DNA of 32,000 nucleotides from Kineococcus radiotolerans SRS30216 = ATCC BAA-149 (GTDB lineage: Bacteria > Actinomycetota > Actinomycetes > Actinomycetales > Kineococcaceae). The DNA lies in contig NC_009664.2 in the NCBI RefSeq assembly GCF_000017305.1, forward strand, positions 4,729,184 to 4,761,183, written 5' to 3'. This document shows positions 31,822 through 32,000 of the stretch, piece after piece (the first letter of the stretch is position 1; each line of letters starts with the position of its first letter). The notes under the pieces were generated by a model. That model saw nothing but the letters and a program-made list of their open reading frames with translations. It was not told the DNA's origin and searched no databases. The position numbers were made by a program, and so were the translations under genes.

Positions 31822-32000
31822 CGTTTGATCTCCGCTTGGCTTCGACGTCGGCATCGACACGGTGAGCCCTTCTTCAGTTCAGGCCACCTGAGGTGGCGAG
31901 CGAGATTACTCCAGTTTGCGGCCGGCTAAGCACCCTGTCAATGATCAGCGGTCTGCACAACTCAGGAGAAGCTGAAGCGCGGGCGGGCCGACAGGCCCAT

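Noticed and set aside
1-32000. tRNA, rRNA, integrase, transposase or att-site evidence that would delimit a mobile element
   Set aside because: I could find none by eye. The mobile-element interpretation of 2.9-15.2 kb therefore rests only on gene content and composition, and no mobile_element feature is called.

Overview
High-GC, actinobacterial-type chromosomal window with about 25 supportable protein-coding genes. I saw no rRNA, tRNA, CRISPR array, transposase or integrase. Layout: (i) 1-2.7 kb holds an ECF sigma / anti-sigma operon and a glyoxalase-superfamily gene. (ii) 3.0-11.2 kb is an accessory block of three large genes: a membrane-anchored NERD protein, a divergently transcribed stand-alone SIR2-like protein (599 aa), and a convergent giant (about 1670-1750 aa) NACHT/STAND-like P-loop NTPase with a nuclease-like N-terminal module. 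This block is the best candidate for an undescribed defence system. Its gene arrangement matches no SIR2- or STAND-based system I know. Its codon usage looks atypical, and it carries the only TAA stop among the CDSs called here. (iii) 11.1-15.2 kb looks like a mobile-element remnant: a DUF3560-like gene that seems to lack its N-terminus, an RDD membrane protein, small hypotheticals, and an Lsr2 paralogue extended at both ends. (iv) 15.3-19.3 kb holds a secreted NHL/CWB2 cell-wall protein and lrgAB. (v) 19.6-26.3 kb is a minus-strand operon: lipoprotein sugar-binding protein, two ABC permeases, a GH42/GHL6-like hydrolase and a PcaD-like alpha/beta hydrolase. (vi) 26.4-30.2 kb holds malate synthase A, an enolase-superfamily enzyme and a divergent IclR regulator. 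(vii) 30.7-31.8 kb holds a Zn-dependent alcohol dehydrogenase. The window is also peppered with short perfect tandem repeats (9, 12, 15, 16 and 24 bp), both intergenic and in-frame in coding regions. All functional calls rest on motifs I recognised by eye in the translations; no database search was run.
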